From: Candidatus Multivorans sp.
Lineage (GTDB): Bacteria > Acidobacteriota > Thermoanaerobaculia > Multivoradales > Multivoraceae
DNA length: 64,000 bases
Assembly (NCBI GenBank): GCA_965247095.1
Contig: OZ251997.1
Location: forward strand, 2,816,001 to 2,880,000
Direction of reading: 5' to 3'
Part shown: positions 11,426 to 21,109 of the stretch, piece after piece
Numbering within the stretch: the stretch's first letter is position 1
Layout of the letters: every line of letters starts with the position of its first letter
Notes under the pieces: generated by a model
What the model was told of the DNA's origin: nothing
Database searches by the model: none
The model's input: the letters and a program-made list of their open reading frames with translations, nothing else
Translations under genes and position numbers: made by a program

Positions 11426-11554
11426 GGTTGTCGGGACGCGCTCGGCCTGGATAGCTTCGGGCCTACGCCGTGACGCGCTGATCGCGAAGCACGTGCCGTG
11501 CGGGAGTACGACGTTTGGCCGGGTGCCGAGTGCGAGGCTGGCCAGCCGCCCACG

Positions 11555-11980
11555 ATGAGCATCGATACAACCTTCTTCAAGGAGTGCCTCGACCGGCTGG
11601 AGGTCTACTGCCAACTCCTGGACCGCGATCGTGAGGACGAAACGGCTCGCCGGCTTGGGCGAGAGATTTGCATCGAGCGGTTCGAGGTTGCTCTCGAACA
11701 GAGCGGCAAGCTGCTGAGAAAGACGTTGCGTCCGTGGTTCGCAAGCAACCGAGCGGCGGACCGGCTGACGTTCCGGGACGTGTTCCGGCACGCGGCCAAA
11801 CGCGGCCTGATCGACATCGAGGCCGCGGAACGCTGGCTGGGTTACCGCGACAGCCTGATCGGCGCGGGCGAACCGGACGGCGCCGACCCGGCCGTCGTGG
11901 CGGCGGTGGAGCGGCTGCCGGCCTTCGTTGCCGACGCCCGGGCGCTGGCCGCGCTTATCGAGCAGGCGCCCGATGACTGA
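11555..11980 (+). CDS. HI0074-like nucleotidyltransferase substrate-binding (HEPN) protein, catalytic motif apparently degenerate
   Basis: ICIERFEVALEQSGKLLRK..FRDVFRHAAKRGLI..WLGYRD family pattern; adjacent to an MNT gene. Confidence 0.8.
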   Translation: MSIDTTFFKECLDRLEVYCQLLDRDREDETARRLGREICIERFEVALEQSGKLLRKTLRPWFASNRAADRLTFRDVFRHAAKRGLIDIEAAERWLGYRDSLIGAGEPDGADPAVVAAVERLPAFVADARALAALIEQAPDD

Positions 11981-12341
11981 AAGCCTCCACTTGCTGCCGC
12001 GCCACCGGGAGCGCCTCGAAGCCCTGCTGCGCGAACACCTCCCCGGCGTGGAGGTCTGGGCCTACGGCAGCCGGGTGAACGGCCAGAGCCACGATGGCAG
12101 CGACCTGGATCTCGTGTTGCGGGGCCGCGGCTTGGATGAGATCGAGCTCTCCGCGCTCGCCGACTTCACTCAGGCGCTCCACGATTCGACCATTCCGTTC
12201 CTGGTTGAGGCCCGCGACTGGGCGCGTCTGCCGGAGCGGTTTCATCGGGAGATCGAGAGGGCGTATGTGGTGTTGAGGCCCCGTTCCATCTGCGCCAACC
12301 TTCGGTCACTCGTCGCGGTGCGCCAGGGGACGCTCCGGTGA
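11973..12341 (+). CDS. Minimal nucleotidyltransferase (MNT, HI0073-like)
   Basis: VWAYGSRVNG..DGSDLDLVL (GS-x-DxD) motif. Confidence 0.88.
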   Translation: MTESLHLLPRHRERLEALLREHLPGVEVWAYGSRVNGQSHDGSDLDLVLRGRGLDEIELSALADFTQALHDSTIPFLVEARDWARLPERFHREIERAYVVLRPRSICANLRSLVAVRQGTLR

Positions 12342-12526
12342 CAGCTCGGGAGTTGGCTGAACGCTTGGAACTCAAGGCACAGCAGATCCAGCGCTACGAA
12401 GCGGAGGGATACGCGAGCGCCAGCTATCGGCGGTTGTGCGAAGTCGCGCATGCAGTGGGGCTGGGGTCGAGAACGAAGATCCGACGCCCTACCGCGCCAG
12501 CGGATCCGGCCGGATCTGGAACTTGA
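12338..12526 (+). pseudogene. XRE-type HTH fragment
   Basis: RELAERLELKAQQIQRYEAEGYASAS..RLCEVAHAVG; N-terminal part missing; runs into the convergent gene. Confidence 0.6.
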
Positions 12527-14747
12527 CGAACTTGCCGCGGGTGCCCTTGCCGCCTTCGGTGTGCCAGATGTAGTTGGTGCCGTAGTTGGCCCAGAGGGCG
12601 CGGCCCTTCCAGCCTGCGTCGGGGTCGTCGATGCGGCCGTCGAGGCCGCGGGAGAAGAAGCCGAGCGGGTAGGGGACGCGCAGCGTCGTCCATTCGCCGG
12701 TTTCGGGATCGAGCGCGAGCAGGCTGTCGGAGTTCGACCCGGTGGCGATGGGGGTGTTCTCGCCAAGCCCGGCAACGTCGTGCTGATCGACCCAGTTGTA
12801 GTAGTGGAAGTCGGCCGGCACGTCCGTGCCCTTCATCGTGGGGCCCTCGGTCCGGTACAGGGACCAGCCCTCGGGGCACTGGCTGCCGTCGGGGCTGTCG
12901 GGCTCGTCCCGGGGCTCGCACTTGCGAACGTCCAGGCTCGCCAGGTGGCTGCTGCCGGCGAGAGCCGTCCACACCACGCCGTCGCTGGCGATGTCGATCC
13001 CACGCGGGTCGAAACCGGGTTCCGGGACGCGGAAGATCTGCGACCGGCAACTGGTCGGGGGATCCTCCCCGCGCATCAGACGGATGATGTAGCCCGGATA
13101 GGTCTGGGAGGCGCCCCACACCGAATCATCGACCGGGCTTGGAATGACCGAGTAGAGGCCGTATGAAAGCTGCGTGTCGTACCGGGGATCGGGCGCCGGG
13201 GTGGTCTCGGCCTGTCCCGCTGCGGCTCGTTCCTCCTGGGCCCTGACGGCATCGACCCGGTAGGTGAAGCCGCCCGCAGAGGCGACCGCGACGTTCCAGG
13301 GCTTCGTGATCGCGCCGTCGCCGTTCGTGTCGACGACCAGGGGGCACCAGCCCACGGCCTGCCGCTCGTCGCCGGTCTCGTCGAAGACCTTCGCGTCGAC
13401 CCAGGAAAGGCCGGCGCCGCCGCCGTTGAAGTAGACGGTCTCGTTGGGGTCGTTGTCGAACTGGAGGTGGTGGGTGCTGAAGCAGGTCTCGATCAGCGTG
13501 AACTTCTGGGCCACCGGGTCGAAGAACGAAGCGTGACGGCCGCCTGGCCGGGGCGTCCACCAGGCCGCGTACTTGTTCTCCGGATCGCTGCACCAGGCCG
13601 GAGGCCGCCGCGCTCCGTGGAGCTTCGAAGTCAGCCAGACCCGGCCCTTGCTGTCGATCATCGGATTGTGCGGATCGGAAGGGTTGTAGGGGGGATTGGC
13701 CCAGATGTGCTCGTCGCCCCAGAAGAAGGACGGCCGCATCGGCGGCGGGAAGCGAGACGGGACCTCGTTCCTGGGATCCCTGGTGGGGATGTTCCGGGCG
13801 TAGCTCACGTTCAGGACGGGGTCCAGCACCACGAGCTGGCCGTGGCCGGAACTCGCCGCGTAGACGGGTCCGCCGGCGTTGACCCGCGGGTTGTTCTTGT
13901 CGGTCGACACGAGATCGTGCATGAACGTCTTGTCGCTGCCGACATCCCACAGGGTGAGGACGAGGTTGCGCTCGATCCCCCGCGGCCGCGTCGGCGCCTG
14001 CGGCAGTTCTCCCGCCGCGATCCTCTCGGTCCAGTCCGCGTACACGTCCAAGGACGCTTTCATGCCCTGAAGCCGGAGCACGCTGTACATCTGGTTGCCG
14101 CGGACCCCGGTGCCTAGCCGCCACTCCCAGGCTTCCTTGTGGGTGGTGAGCTCCGGCTTCGCTTCGAACACGTGGTCGACGGTGCGAGTCTGGCGGCTCC
14201 CGAGTTGGTGGCAGAAGTTGCAGTCCGACTTCAGCGAGTCGAGCCAGTGGGCCTGGGACAGCATGCGTGTTCCCATGCCGTTGCCGTCATCTCCCGTGCC
14301 GGGAAAGAGGCTCTCGTCGGGCGGGGCCATCAGCGACAGCCAGTAGTCGCCGGGATAGACCTTCGCCGCTTCCTCTGGAGTCGTTGCGGCGGTTGCCTGG
14401 AGCGTCACCGGGTCGGCCGTGGGTCTGATCTCGAGCGGCGCCGAATCGACCAGGCCGTAGCCCCGCACCCACACGTCGTAGCTCGCGTCGGGCAGTTCCG
14501 GCAGCATGAACCGGCCCTCGTCGTCGGTGACGACGATCTTCACGAACTTCGTCGGCAGGTCCTTCGTCTCGGCGATGACCCAGACGCCGGCTTCGGGGCC
14601 CTGGGCGCTTTGGACGCCGCCGGCGATGAAGCCGTCCGGACCCGCTGTGACGGCTTCTGGAGAGCTCCCAGGCTGCGTGCAGGCGGCAACCAGGAGAAGG
14701 CCGGCGCACAGGGCCGGCCCGGTGAGCCTGAGAAGGGAGGTCGTCAT
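12489..14747 (-). CDS. Lipoprotein with carboxypeptidase-regulatory-like domain, c-type heme motif and Vgb/NHL-like beta-propeller
   Basis: Lipobox LVAAC; KIVVTDDEGRFMLPELP..YDVWVRGYGLVDS; CNFCH (CxxCH); PHNPMIDSKGRVW and PRGIDIASDGVVW repeats. Confidence 0.8.
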   Translation of the reverse strand: MTTSLLRLTGPALCAGLLLVAACTQPGSSPEAVTAGPDGFIAGGVQSAQGPEAGVWVIAETKDLPTKFVKIVVTDDEGRFMLPELPDASYDVWVRGYGLVDSAPLEIRPTADPVTLQATAATTPEEAAKVYPGDYWLSLMAPPDESLFPGTGDDGNGMGTRMLSQAHWLDSLKSDCNFCHQLGSRQTRTVDHVFEAKPELTTHKEAWEWRLGTGVRGNQMYSVLRLQGMKASLDVYADWTERIAAGELPQAPTRPRGIERNLVLTLWDVGSDKTFMHDLVSTDKNNPRVNAGGPVYAASSGHGQLVVLDPVLNVSYARNIPTRDPRNEVPSRFPPPMRPSFFWGDEHIWANPPYNPSDPHNPMIDSKGRVWLTSKLHGARRPPAWCSDPENKYAAWWTPRPGGRHASFFDPVAQKFTLIETCFSTHHLQFDNDPNETVYFNGGGAGLSWVDAKVFDETGDERQAVGWCPLVVDTNGDGAITKPWNVAVASAGGFTYRVDAVRAQEERAAAGQAETTPAPDPRYDTQLSYGLYSVIPSPVDDSVWGASQTYPGYIIRLMRGEDPPTSCRSQIFRVPEPGFDPRGIDIASDGVVWTALAGSSHLASLDVRKCEPRDEPDSPDGSQCPEGWSLYRTEGPTMKGTDVPADFHYYNWVDQHDVAGLGENTPIATGSNSDSLLALDPETGEWTTLRVPYPLGFFSRGLDGRIDDPDAGWKGRALWANYGTNYIWHTEGGKGTRGKFVKFQIRPDPLAR

Positions 14748-14759
14748 CGGAATTCTCCT

Positions 14760-15224
14760 CTAGTCTGGTCCGCTGCGGACCGCGCCATCTTCGGCTCGCC
14801 GCTTCAGCGCCCGGCCGACGTCCGCGAAGCCGCGGTGCATGGCCCGGCCGAAGAGCAGGACGGCGAGCGGCGCCAGCGGGCCCTCAAGCGTATCCGTATT
14901 GAAGTACGCGCAACTGGTCTCGCTCCGTTTCTCGAGCCGCTGTTCCCGCAGCGCCTTCAGCAGAGACTTGTGGACGATCTTCGTGCTCCAGGACAGGAGG
15001 GTCGGCGGCTCGATCGCCACGAACCGTTCGGTCTGCTTCCGGTCGTAGCGGCCCAGCTTGACGTCAAAGTCGACGAAGGAGCCGACGCGTACGTCGGTCT
15101 TCGTGTAGGTCCGGGCGAAGGGATTCCACTCGTGGTAGCGGTCGACATCCACCAGGATGTCCCACACGGTGTCGATCGGGGCGTCGATCTCCACGGGTTC
15201 GGAAGTGGTGGCGTGTTTGAACAT
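14760..15224 (-). CDS. SRPBCC (polyketide cyclase/START-like) protein
   Basis: VEIDAPIDTVWDILVDVDRYHEWNPF and terminal ALKRRAE. Confidence 0.88.
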   Translation of the reverse strand: MFKHATTSEPVEIDAPIDTVWDILVDVDRYHEWNPFARTYTKTDVRVGSFVDFDVKLGRYDRKQTERFVAIEPPTLLSWSTKIVHKSLLKALREQRLEKRSETSCAYFNTDTLEGPLAPLAVLLFGRAMHRGFADVGRALKRRAEDGAVRSGPD

Positions 15225-15249
15225 CCTGGGCCTCCTGCTACTGACCGGG

Positions 15250-16230
15250 CTAGCAGCCCGGCGGCGCGTGTGTCTGGAGCAGCGCCTCGCTGGCCTCCCA
15301 CAACCTGACGCCCTTGGACGGGTCGGTGGCGTGCTCGGACGGGCGCTTTTCGCGCATCATGTGCAGGTAGATGCCGCTTCGTTTGCCGGCGTCGCCGGCG
15401 CAGCAGAGGTAGCTGACGGGCGCCGCGGCTCTGGCCGGCGGCAGGAAGAAGAGTCTCATCAACGGGTACACGAGAGGCTTCAACAGCAGCGGCGCCTCCC
15501 GCGCGATGGCGGTGCGGACGGGGCCGGGGCAGAGCGAGTGAACCGCGACGTGCCCCTCGCTATCGCGGTTCAAGCGTCGCGAGAGTTCGGTCGCATAGGT
15601 GCAGAGGACGAGCTTGCTCGCGCTGTAGTGCTTGATTCCGTCCCGGACGCCGTAGTCCGCGAAGGCGCCGAAGCGATCGAAGTCGATCGGCTCGGCGGAG
15701 CGGTGGGCATCGGAGGAGACGAGAACGATGCGGGGCGCGTTCTCGATCCTGGTGGTCGGGCGCACCGTCCCGTCCTTCAACCAGCGGTCGACGAGGACGC
15801 GATTGGCGAGGAAGTGGACGGCGAACATCGTCTCGAAACCCTGCGCCGTCCGGCGGGCACGGCGCGGCATCAGGCCCGCGTTGAGAACCGCGATGTCGAT
15901 CCTCGTTCCCCTCTCGTGCAGCTCGTCGCAGAGCCGGTGCACCGAACGCAGGTCGGAGAGGTCGCCCCGCAGCATCTCGACGCGGTCGGCGCCGGAGGCG
16001 GCCTTGACGTCTTCGCCCGCGTCGGGGTGTCCGCCTCGGCAGGCCATCAGGACGTGGCCGCCGCGTGCGGCCAGGTCGATGGCGACGGCTTTGCCGAGGC
16101 CGCTGTTGGCCCCCGTCACCAGGCACGTCTTGCCGTCGATCCGAACGGAGGCCGGCAGAGGCTCGATCGTCGGGCGGATGGCGGCGCGGTCCCCGACCGC
16201 TTTGCGGAGGGCGCCGAAGATTCTGTTCAC
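15250..16230 (-). CDS. SDR oxidoreductase (retinol dehydrogenase-like)
   Basis: TGANSGLG, NAG and YSASK motifs. Confidence 0.9.
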   Translation of the reverse strand: MNRIFGALRKAVGDRAAIRPTIEPLPASVRIDGKTCLVTGANSGLGKAVAIDLAARGGHVLMACRGGHPDAGEDVKAASGADRVEMLRGDLSDLRSVHRLCDELHERGTRIDIAVLNAGLMPRRARRTAQGFETMFAVHFLANRVLVDRWLKDGTVRPTTRIENAPRIVLVSSDAHRSAEPIDFDRFGAFADYGVRDGIKHYSASKLVLCTYATELSRRLNRDSEGHVAVHSLCPGPVRTAIAREAPLLLKPLVYPLMRLFFLPPARAAAPVSYLCCAGDAGKRSGIYLHMMREKRPSEHATDPSKGVRLWEASEALLQTHAPPGC

Positions 16231-16245
16231 GACCAGGCGTCTCCT

Positions 16246-17505
16246 CTACTCATGCGGAATGCCGTGCCTGTGCCGGTAGGGCGCGATGCCGTGCTCGATT
16301 GCCTCCGGGGTCAGGCCGAAACTGTCCGCATCGTAGACGTGCCGGCCGTAGCGGTGCTGGACGTTGCGGCCCGCGGTGCGCTCGGCGGCGCTCACCGCGT
16401 CCGGGCCGAAGGCGATGCCGGCCCGTTCGTAGACCTTCGCCAACTGCGCCATCGGTTCGTTGACGAGGTCGTAGTAGGAGATGTCGACGAAGCGGCGCGG
16501 ATCCGCCGCTTCCCGCGCGCGGGCGGTGCGCTCGACCAGGCGGCATGTCTTGGCGAGCCAGTGCGCGCCGATCTCCCCCGGTTCCACGCGGTCGCTGAAC
16601 ATCCCCCTGCCGTGGGCGACCATGCTGCAGAAGGAAGGGATGGTCTTGACCGGATCCCGGTGCGTTTGCACGATCGTCGCCTTGGGGAACACCTCGAGGA
16701 CGGTGTCGAGGTACTCCATGTGGTGCGGCGTCTTGAGCACCGAGTGACGACGCGGACGTTGCCAGTGCAGCACCTGGAGCAGGGTGCGGAACTCCTCGTA
16801 CGTTCTCGTGTGGTCCTGTTCTTCCAGCCAGCGCGCGTAGGTGGGGACATGCATCGTCGCTTCCGCCGACTGGCTCATGAAAGCCACGTCGAGGAGGAGC
16901 ACGTCCTCCTCGGGGGCGTCGTGTTCGGCGGGATGCACGGCAAAGAAGGCAGGGGCCAGGTAGGCGATTGCGCGTACCCCGATGAGCGCCTGCCTGATCC
17001 GGGCGTGGGGGTCTCCCGGCTCCTCGCGCGGCAGGGGCAGCGGATTCAGTCCCTCCCAGGCCGTGACTGCGCGGATCTCCGGGTGGGAGGCGATCAGCCG
17101 GTGCAGCGTGGTCGTGCCGGTCCGCTGGAGGCCGGCGATCACGACGACGCTGCCGAGGTCGATCTCCCGTATCTCCGGGCGCCTGCGGATCAGTTCCTCG
17201 ACCCGCAGGCGCGTGGCCAGAGCGCCTTCGATCCGCCGCTTCTGGATCCACCGGCCCAGGGTTGTGAGGTCGGCCTCCTCGTTGATCGAACGGACGAGCA
17301 CATGCAGCGCTTCTATGAACCACTCGTCGCCGAAGCTGGCGAGCCCCGTCCTCCTCCGAGCCCTGGCGACCATCTTGCCGACGTCGAGCTTCCCGCGCAG
17401 GCCAAGATGGCCGCCCGCCCGCCCGACCGCGTTCAGGAGCGCTATGGGAAGAGGCCGGTACGGCCGCTCGTAATCCGTCGATGTCTCGGCAACCCGCTTC
17501 GGCAT
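16246..17505 (-). CDS. PAPS-dependent sulfotransferase (Sulfotransfer_3-like)
   Basis: 5'-PSB GLQRTGTTTLH; LKTPHH; 3'-PB HRDPVKTIPS. Confidence 0.92.
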   Translation of the reverse strand: MPKRVAETSTDYERPYRPLPIALLNAVGRAGGHLGLRGKLDVGKMVARARRRTGLASFGDEWFIEALHVLVRSINEEADLTTLGRWIQKRRIEGALATRLRVEELIRRRPEIREIDLGSVVVIAGLQRTGTTTLHRLIASHPEIRAVTAWEGLNPLPLPREEPGDPHARIRQALIGVRAIAYLAPAFFAVHPAEHDAPEEDVLLLDVAFMSQSAEATMHVPTYARWLEEQDHTRTYEEFRTLLQVLHWQRPRRHSVLKTPHHMEYLDTVLEVFPKATIVQTHRDPVKTIPSFCSMVAHGRGMFSDRVEPGEIGAHWLAKTCRLVERTARAREAADPRRFVDISYYDLVNEPMAQLAKVYERAGIAFGPDAVSAAERTAGRNVQHRYGRHVYDADSFGLTPEAIEHGIAPYRHRHGIPHE

Positions 17506-17509
17506 CTAC

Positions 17510-18703
17510 TTACCGGCGAAGCGCTTTGAGCTCGCTCAGCTTGACGACCCGGGTCGCGGGTACCGGGTGCTCTTCGGCCCGGATCCACCGGAAGCACATG
17601 GTGCCGGAGGTGTGACCGGCGGTATCGAGCCAGTTGGGGCGCCCGGGGTCTTCGTGCGCGACGACCAGGCGGACGGAACCGTCGCTCTCGTAGTCGGCGA
17701 GATGCTTGTTGGTGTGGATCGTGTGGTAGCGGTAGTCCAGCGACTCCATCCAGTAGTTGTTGAGCTGGAAGTTCCAGGATTCGCATGCCGGCGGCGTGGC
17801 CTCGATCACCAGCGCCTCGTCCTCGGCCAGCCGCCAGTGGCTGTGGAAGTAGGCGATGTTCGGGTCGCCCCCGGCCTGGTTCGACGTCTCCTGGTCGAAC
17901 CGGGGCAGCGTGTTCGAGTGCTTCTGGAAGTCGCGCGCCCACTTCGCGAACAGGAGGGAGGCGCCCGCGACCAGGGTGCTCGCCGACCGCAGCCCTTCGT
18001 CGACCTGACTTGGGGTCAGCGGTGACGGGCGTTTCTCGTCCGGCGGACAGTTGATCCGTTCGATGGAAAGCTCGGCGGGGATTTCCGTGCGCCGGTCGAG
18101 GAACGTCTGGCGCACGATGAGGACGCCGGTCTTGGGCGTCATCGGGAGCCAGTTCCCGTCCTGCGGCTCGCAACTGAGGACCAGCTCGAAGCGGCCTCCC
18201 GCGTCGATCTCGAGTTCCGAGGCCTCGACGTAGCCGGTCGGGGGCATGCCGCCTCCCTGCCCGTAGTGCCCGGCCTGGGTGCCGAACCCGAGGTAGGCGA
18301 CGGTGTTGCGGCGTCCTGCGATCCGGTACTCGAACGCGCCCGAGATGGCGGCGGTCAGGTAGTGGTTGTCCGGGTTGTCGGAACCGAGCTTGACCGTCTC
18401 GTGGGCGACCCGATGGAGAACCGGCGCTCTCGGGTCGGCGTGCTCGAGGAAGGCCATCAGACCGGCGCGGGTCAGACGGCTCAGGTACCGGTAGCCCTCA
18501 GCCTGGTTGAACGCGTCGCGGGGCGTGCCGGGGAAGTTCAGCGATGCGCCCGCGGCCTTCAACGTGTCGCAGAACTCGTCCCAGGCGCGGCCGCTGACCA
18601 CCCGCTGTGCGGCGACATCGTCCTCGGACTTTCCACGGAGCTTCCGCATCGCCAGCGAGACCCGGCGAAAGAGCGCAAGCAGACCGATCGCGAACCTTCT
18701 CAT
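17510..18703 (-). CDS. DUF1214 domain protein
   Basis: AEGYRYLSRL, KLGSDNPDNHY, WNFQLNNYWMESLDY, DPGRPNWLDTAGH; typical sulfotransferase neighbour. Confidence 0.82.
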   Translation of the reverse strand: MRRFAIGLLALFRRVSLAMRKLRGKSEDDVAAQRVVSGRAWDEFCDTLKAAGASLNFPGTPRDAFNQAEGYRYLSRLTRAGLMAFLEHADPRAPVLHRVAHETVKLGSDNPDNHYLTAAISGAFEYRIAGRRNTVAYLGFGTQAGHYGQGGGMPPTGYVEASELEIDAGGRFELVLSCEPQDGNWLPMTPKTGVLIVRQTFLDRRTEIPAELSIERINCPPDEKRPSPLTPSQVDEGLRSASTLVAGASLLFAKWARDFQKHSNTLPRFDQETSNQAGGDPNIAYFHSHWRLAEDEALVIEATPPACESWNFQLNNYWMESLDYRYHTIHTNKHLADYESDGSVRLVVAHEDPGRPNWLDTAGHTSGTMCFRWIRAEEHPVPATRVVKLSELKALRR

Positions 18704-18723
18704 CGCTCCCTTCCTCCCCGGCG

Positions 18724-19212
18724 TCAGTCGGTCGGGCCGACCGGTGTGCCGTAGGGGACCGGTGGCTCGCGCTCGCGGGTCGCGCCGACGGCGACGATGC
18801 GCCAGCGCCCCCGTGACGAACGGAGATCGAGGCTCTGGGTCTCGTAGCTCGCCTCCCGCACGTACTCGACCTCGAGCCGCACCTTCCCGCCGAGAACCTC
18901 CTCATCGGTCACCGCGACACCCTTCACCTCGGCGAACCGCTGCCGGAGGTACTGCTCGAACGCGGCGTCTCCCATCTCGTCATGCACCGCTTCCAGTTGC
19001 TCGCGGACCTCACCGGCAAAGAGATCGAGATAGACCGCAACCGCGCCTTCGCGGCTCGCCTCGACCATCTGCCAGAAGACCTCCCGAGGTTCGCCCGCGT
19101 CGGCCGCGTCGCCCGAGCGCTCGGGCAGGCGGTCCCGAAGCGCCACGGCCAGGCCAGCCACCAGCACCAGGACGGTCAGCGCCGTCGCCCCCAGATTGCG
19201 CGTCATCTTCAC
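18724..19212 (-). CDS. Membrane-anchored hypothetical protein (NTF2-like fold suspected)
   Basis: One N-terminal TM helix, then a helix/strand pattern ending GRWRI; overlaps the hflK stop. Confidence 0.65.
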   Translation of the reverse strand: MKMTRNLGATALTVLVLVAGLAVALRDRLPERSGDAADAGEPREVFWQMVEASREGAVAVYLDLFAGEVREQLEAVHDEMGDAAFEQYLRQRFAEVKGVAVTDEEVLGGKVRLEVEYVREASYETQSLDLRSSRGRWRIVAVGATREREPPVPYGTPVGPTD

Positions 19213-20141
19213 TGCGGTCTGTTCGGTCCGGGGGTCAACTCGCGGCGCAGGAAGTCGATGTCGATCGTGCTCTGGCCGGGCTCCAGGATCGTCTTCTTCA
19301 TGCGGGGGAAGACACGTTCCATCGTCTCTAGAACCATGCGGGTGCGGATCTCGTCGCGCGCGCTCTGGTCGGCGCCGGCGACCCTGCGGAAACGGTCGGC
19401 TTCACCGGTGGCCCGGTCGACCTCTGCGGTCCGGAAGCCCTCGGCCTGCGCTACGAGCGTGCGCGCCTCGCCGCGGGCTACCGGGACCACCTCATTGCCG
19501 TAACTCTCGGCCTCGCGGATCAGGCGGTCCCGGTCCTCGCGCGCGCTGGCCACGTCGTTGAAGGCCTCGCGCACGGGGCTCGGCGGGCTCACGCCTTCCA
19601 GACTCACCGAGAGTACGGTCGCGCCGGTCCCGAAGCGGTCGAACAGCTCCTGCGATGCGGCCTGGACGTTCTGCTGCACGGCCACCTTGCCGGTGGTCAG
19701 CAGTTCGTCGACGCTCATGCCGGCGATCACCTCGAGCAGGGCGCTCCGCCCGCTCGCCTGCAGCAAGGCCTCGACATCGGCGAAGCGCAGCGAGTAGGCG
19801 AGCGGGTCGTGGATCGAGTACAGGATCACCAGCCGGACATGGACCACGTTCCGGTCGCCAGTCAACCAGCGCGCTTCGGCGGCGGAGGAGTCGCCGCCCA
19901 GGACCCGGTCCGCGGCGGCGAAGCCCAGGGTCAGGCGCTTGGCTTCCCGCACCTTCAGCTTGTCGACCCGCCCCACCGGCCGCGGCCAGTTCCAGTGCAG
20001 TCCAGGTCCGGCGGGCGCCACCCTGGCCCGGCCGAGTACCCGCACCACCGCCTCCTCGTCCGGCGCGACGAAGTACACGCCCCAGCCCGCCCACATCAGG
20101 GCCAGGACCAGAGCCGCGGTCGGGAGGCCGCGAAGCCTCAC
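19209..20141 (-). CDS. hflK: HflK-like SPFH protein
   Basis: VAPDEEAVVRVLG..PGLHWNWPRP; LTGDRNVV; PPSPVREAFNDVASAREDRDRLIREAESY..ARGEA. Confidence 0.9.
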   Translation of the reverse strand: MRLRGLPTAALVLALMWAGWGVYFVAPDEEAVVRVLGRARVAPAGPGLHWNWPRPVGRVDKLKVREAKRLTLGFAAADRVLGGDSSAAEARWLTGDRNVVHVRLVILYSIHDPLAYSLRFADVEALLQASGRSALLEVIAGMSVDELLTTGKVAVQQNVQAASQELFDRFGTGATVLSVSLEGVSPPSPVREAFNDVASAREDRDRLIREAESYGNEVVPVARGEARTLVAQAEGFRTAEVDRATGEADRFRRVAGADQSARDEIRTRMVLETMERVFPRMKKTILEPGQSTIDIDFLRRELTPGPNRPQ

Positions 20142-21109
20142 TCGGATCCTCCACCCAGCAGTCGGAAGAGCTCGGAGTCCGCCGACAGGATGAGCGTCGT
20201 CTGGTCGTCCAGGATCGACTCGTAGGACTCGAGGGTGCGCAGGAACCGGTAGAGAGCCGGGTCCTGCCGGTAGGCGTCGCCGTAGATGCCGGCCGCCTCG
20301 GCGTCGCCCTTGCCGCGGAGGATCTCGGCGTCGCGGTAGGCGGCCGCCAGGATCACCTCACGGTCGCGGTCGGCCTCGGCGCGGATGACCATCGCCTGCT
20401 CCTCGCCCTGGGCCCGATACTCCTTGGCGATCCGCTCGCGTTCCGCCCGCATCCGGGCATAGACGGACTCCAGGTTCTGCTCCGGGAAGCTCAGGCGGAC
20501 GAGCTGCACCTCCAGGATCTCGACCCCGAGTTGAGGGCCGGACACGGCGCCCGCGGATTCCCGGACCTCGGCGGAGATTTGTTCGATCCGCAGTTGCCGG
20601 GGCTCGGTCGACACGAGCTGTGAGAGTTCCGTGCGGCCGAGCGCGGCCGCCAGACCGGCCCACACCACGTCGTGCAGGCGCATCTCGGCGCCCGAGATGT
20701 CGCCGATCGTCTCAAGGAACCGGGCCGGGTCGGCGATCCGCCAGACGACCGCGGTATCGACGACCAGGTTCTTCTTGTCCTGGGTCAGGAACTCGACCGG
20801 CGCCGGATCGTAGAGGAGCACCCGGTTGTCGAAGCGGAGCCGGCGGTCGATCGGCAACTTGAACTGAAGCCCCGGCGCTTCGATCGTTCGAACCGGCTTG
20901 CCGAAACGGGTGACGATCGCGCTCTCGGTCTCCGGTACGACGAACACGGAGCGGGCCAGCGCGACGACGGCCAGCACGGCCAGACCGCCGCGCCACCAGG
21001 ACGTGGCCCGGCCGGGCGCGTGCTCCTGCCCGTCACCGTTCCTGGGCACCCGGGCATCCTTGCCCGCATCCGGGTGGTCGTCGTGACTTCCGTGGCTTTG
21101 ATCAATCAT
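20138..21109 (-). CDS. hflC: HflC-like SPFH protein with His-rich N-terminus
   Basis: ATG at 21109 overlaps the ATPase stop; FLTQDKKNLVVD, VYARMRAERERIAKEYRAQGEE, FLRTLESYE. Confidence 0.9.
   Translation of the reverse strand: MIDQSHGSHDDHPDAGKDARVPRNGDGQEHAPGRATSWWRGGLAVLAVVALARSVFVVPETESAIVTRFGKPVRTIEAPGLQFKLPIDRRLRFDNRVLLYDPAPVEFLTQDKKNLVVDTAVVWRIADPARFLETIGDISGAEMRLHDVVWAGLAAALGRTELSQLVSTEPRQLRIEQISAEVRESAGAVSGPQLGVEILEVQLVRLSFPEQNLESVYARMRAERERIAKEYRAQGEEQAMVIRAEADRDREVILAAAYRDAEILRGKGDAEAAGIYGDAYRQDPALYRFLRTLESYESILDDQTTLILSADSELFRLLGGGSE
21041..21073 (+). repeat. REP-like palindromic element inside the hflC 5' coding region
   Basis: cctgggcacccgggcatccttgcccgcatccgg; encodes PDAGKDARVPR on the - strand. 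Confidence 0.75.
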
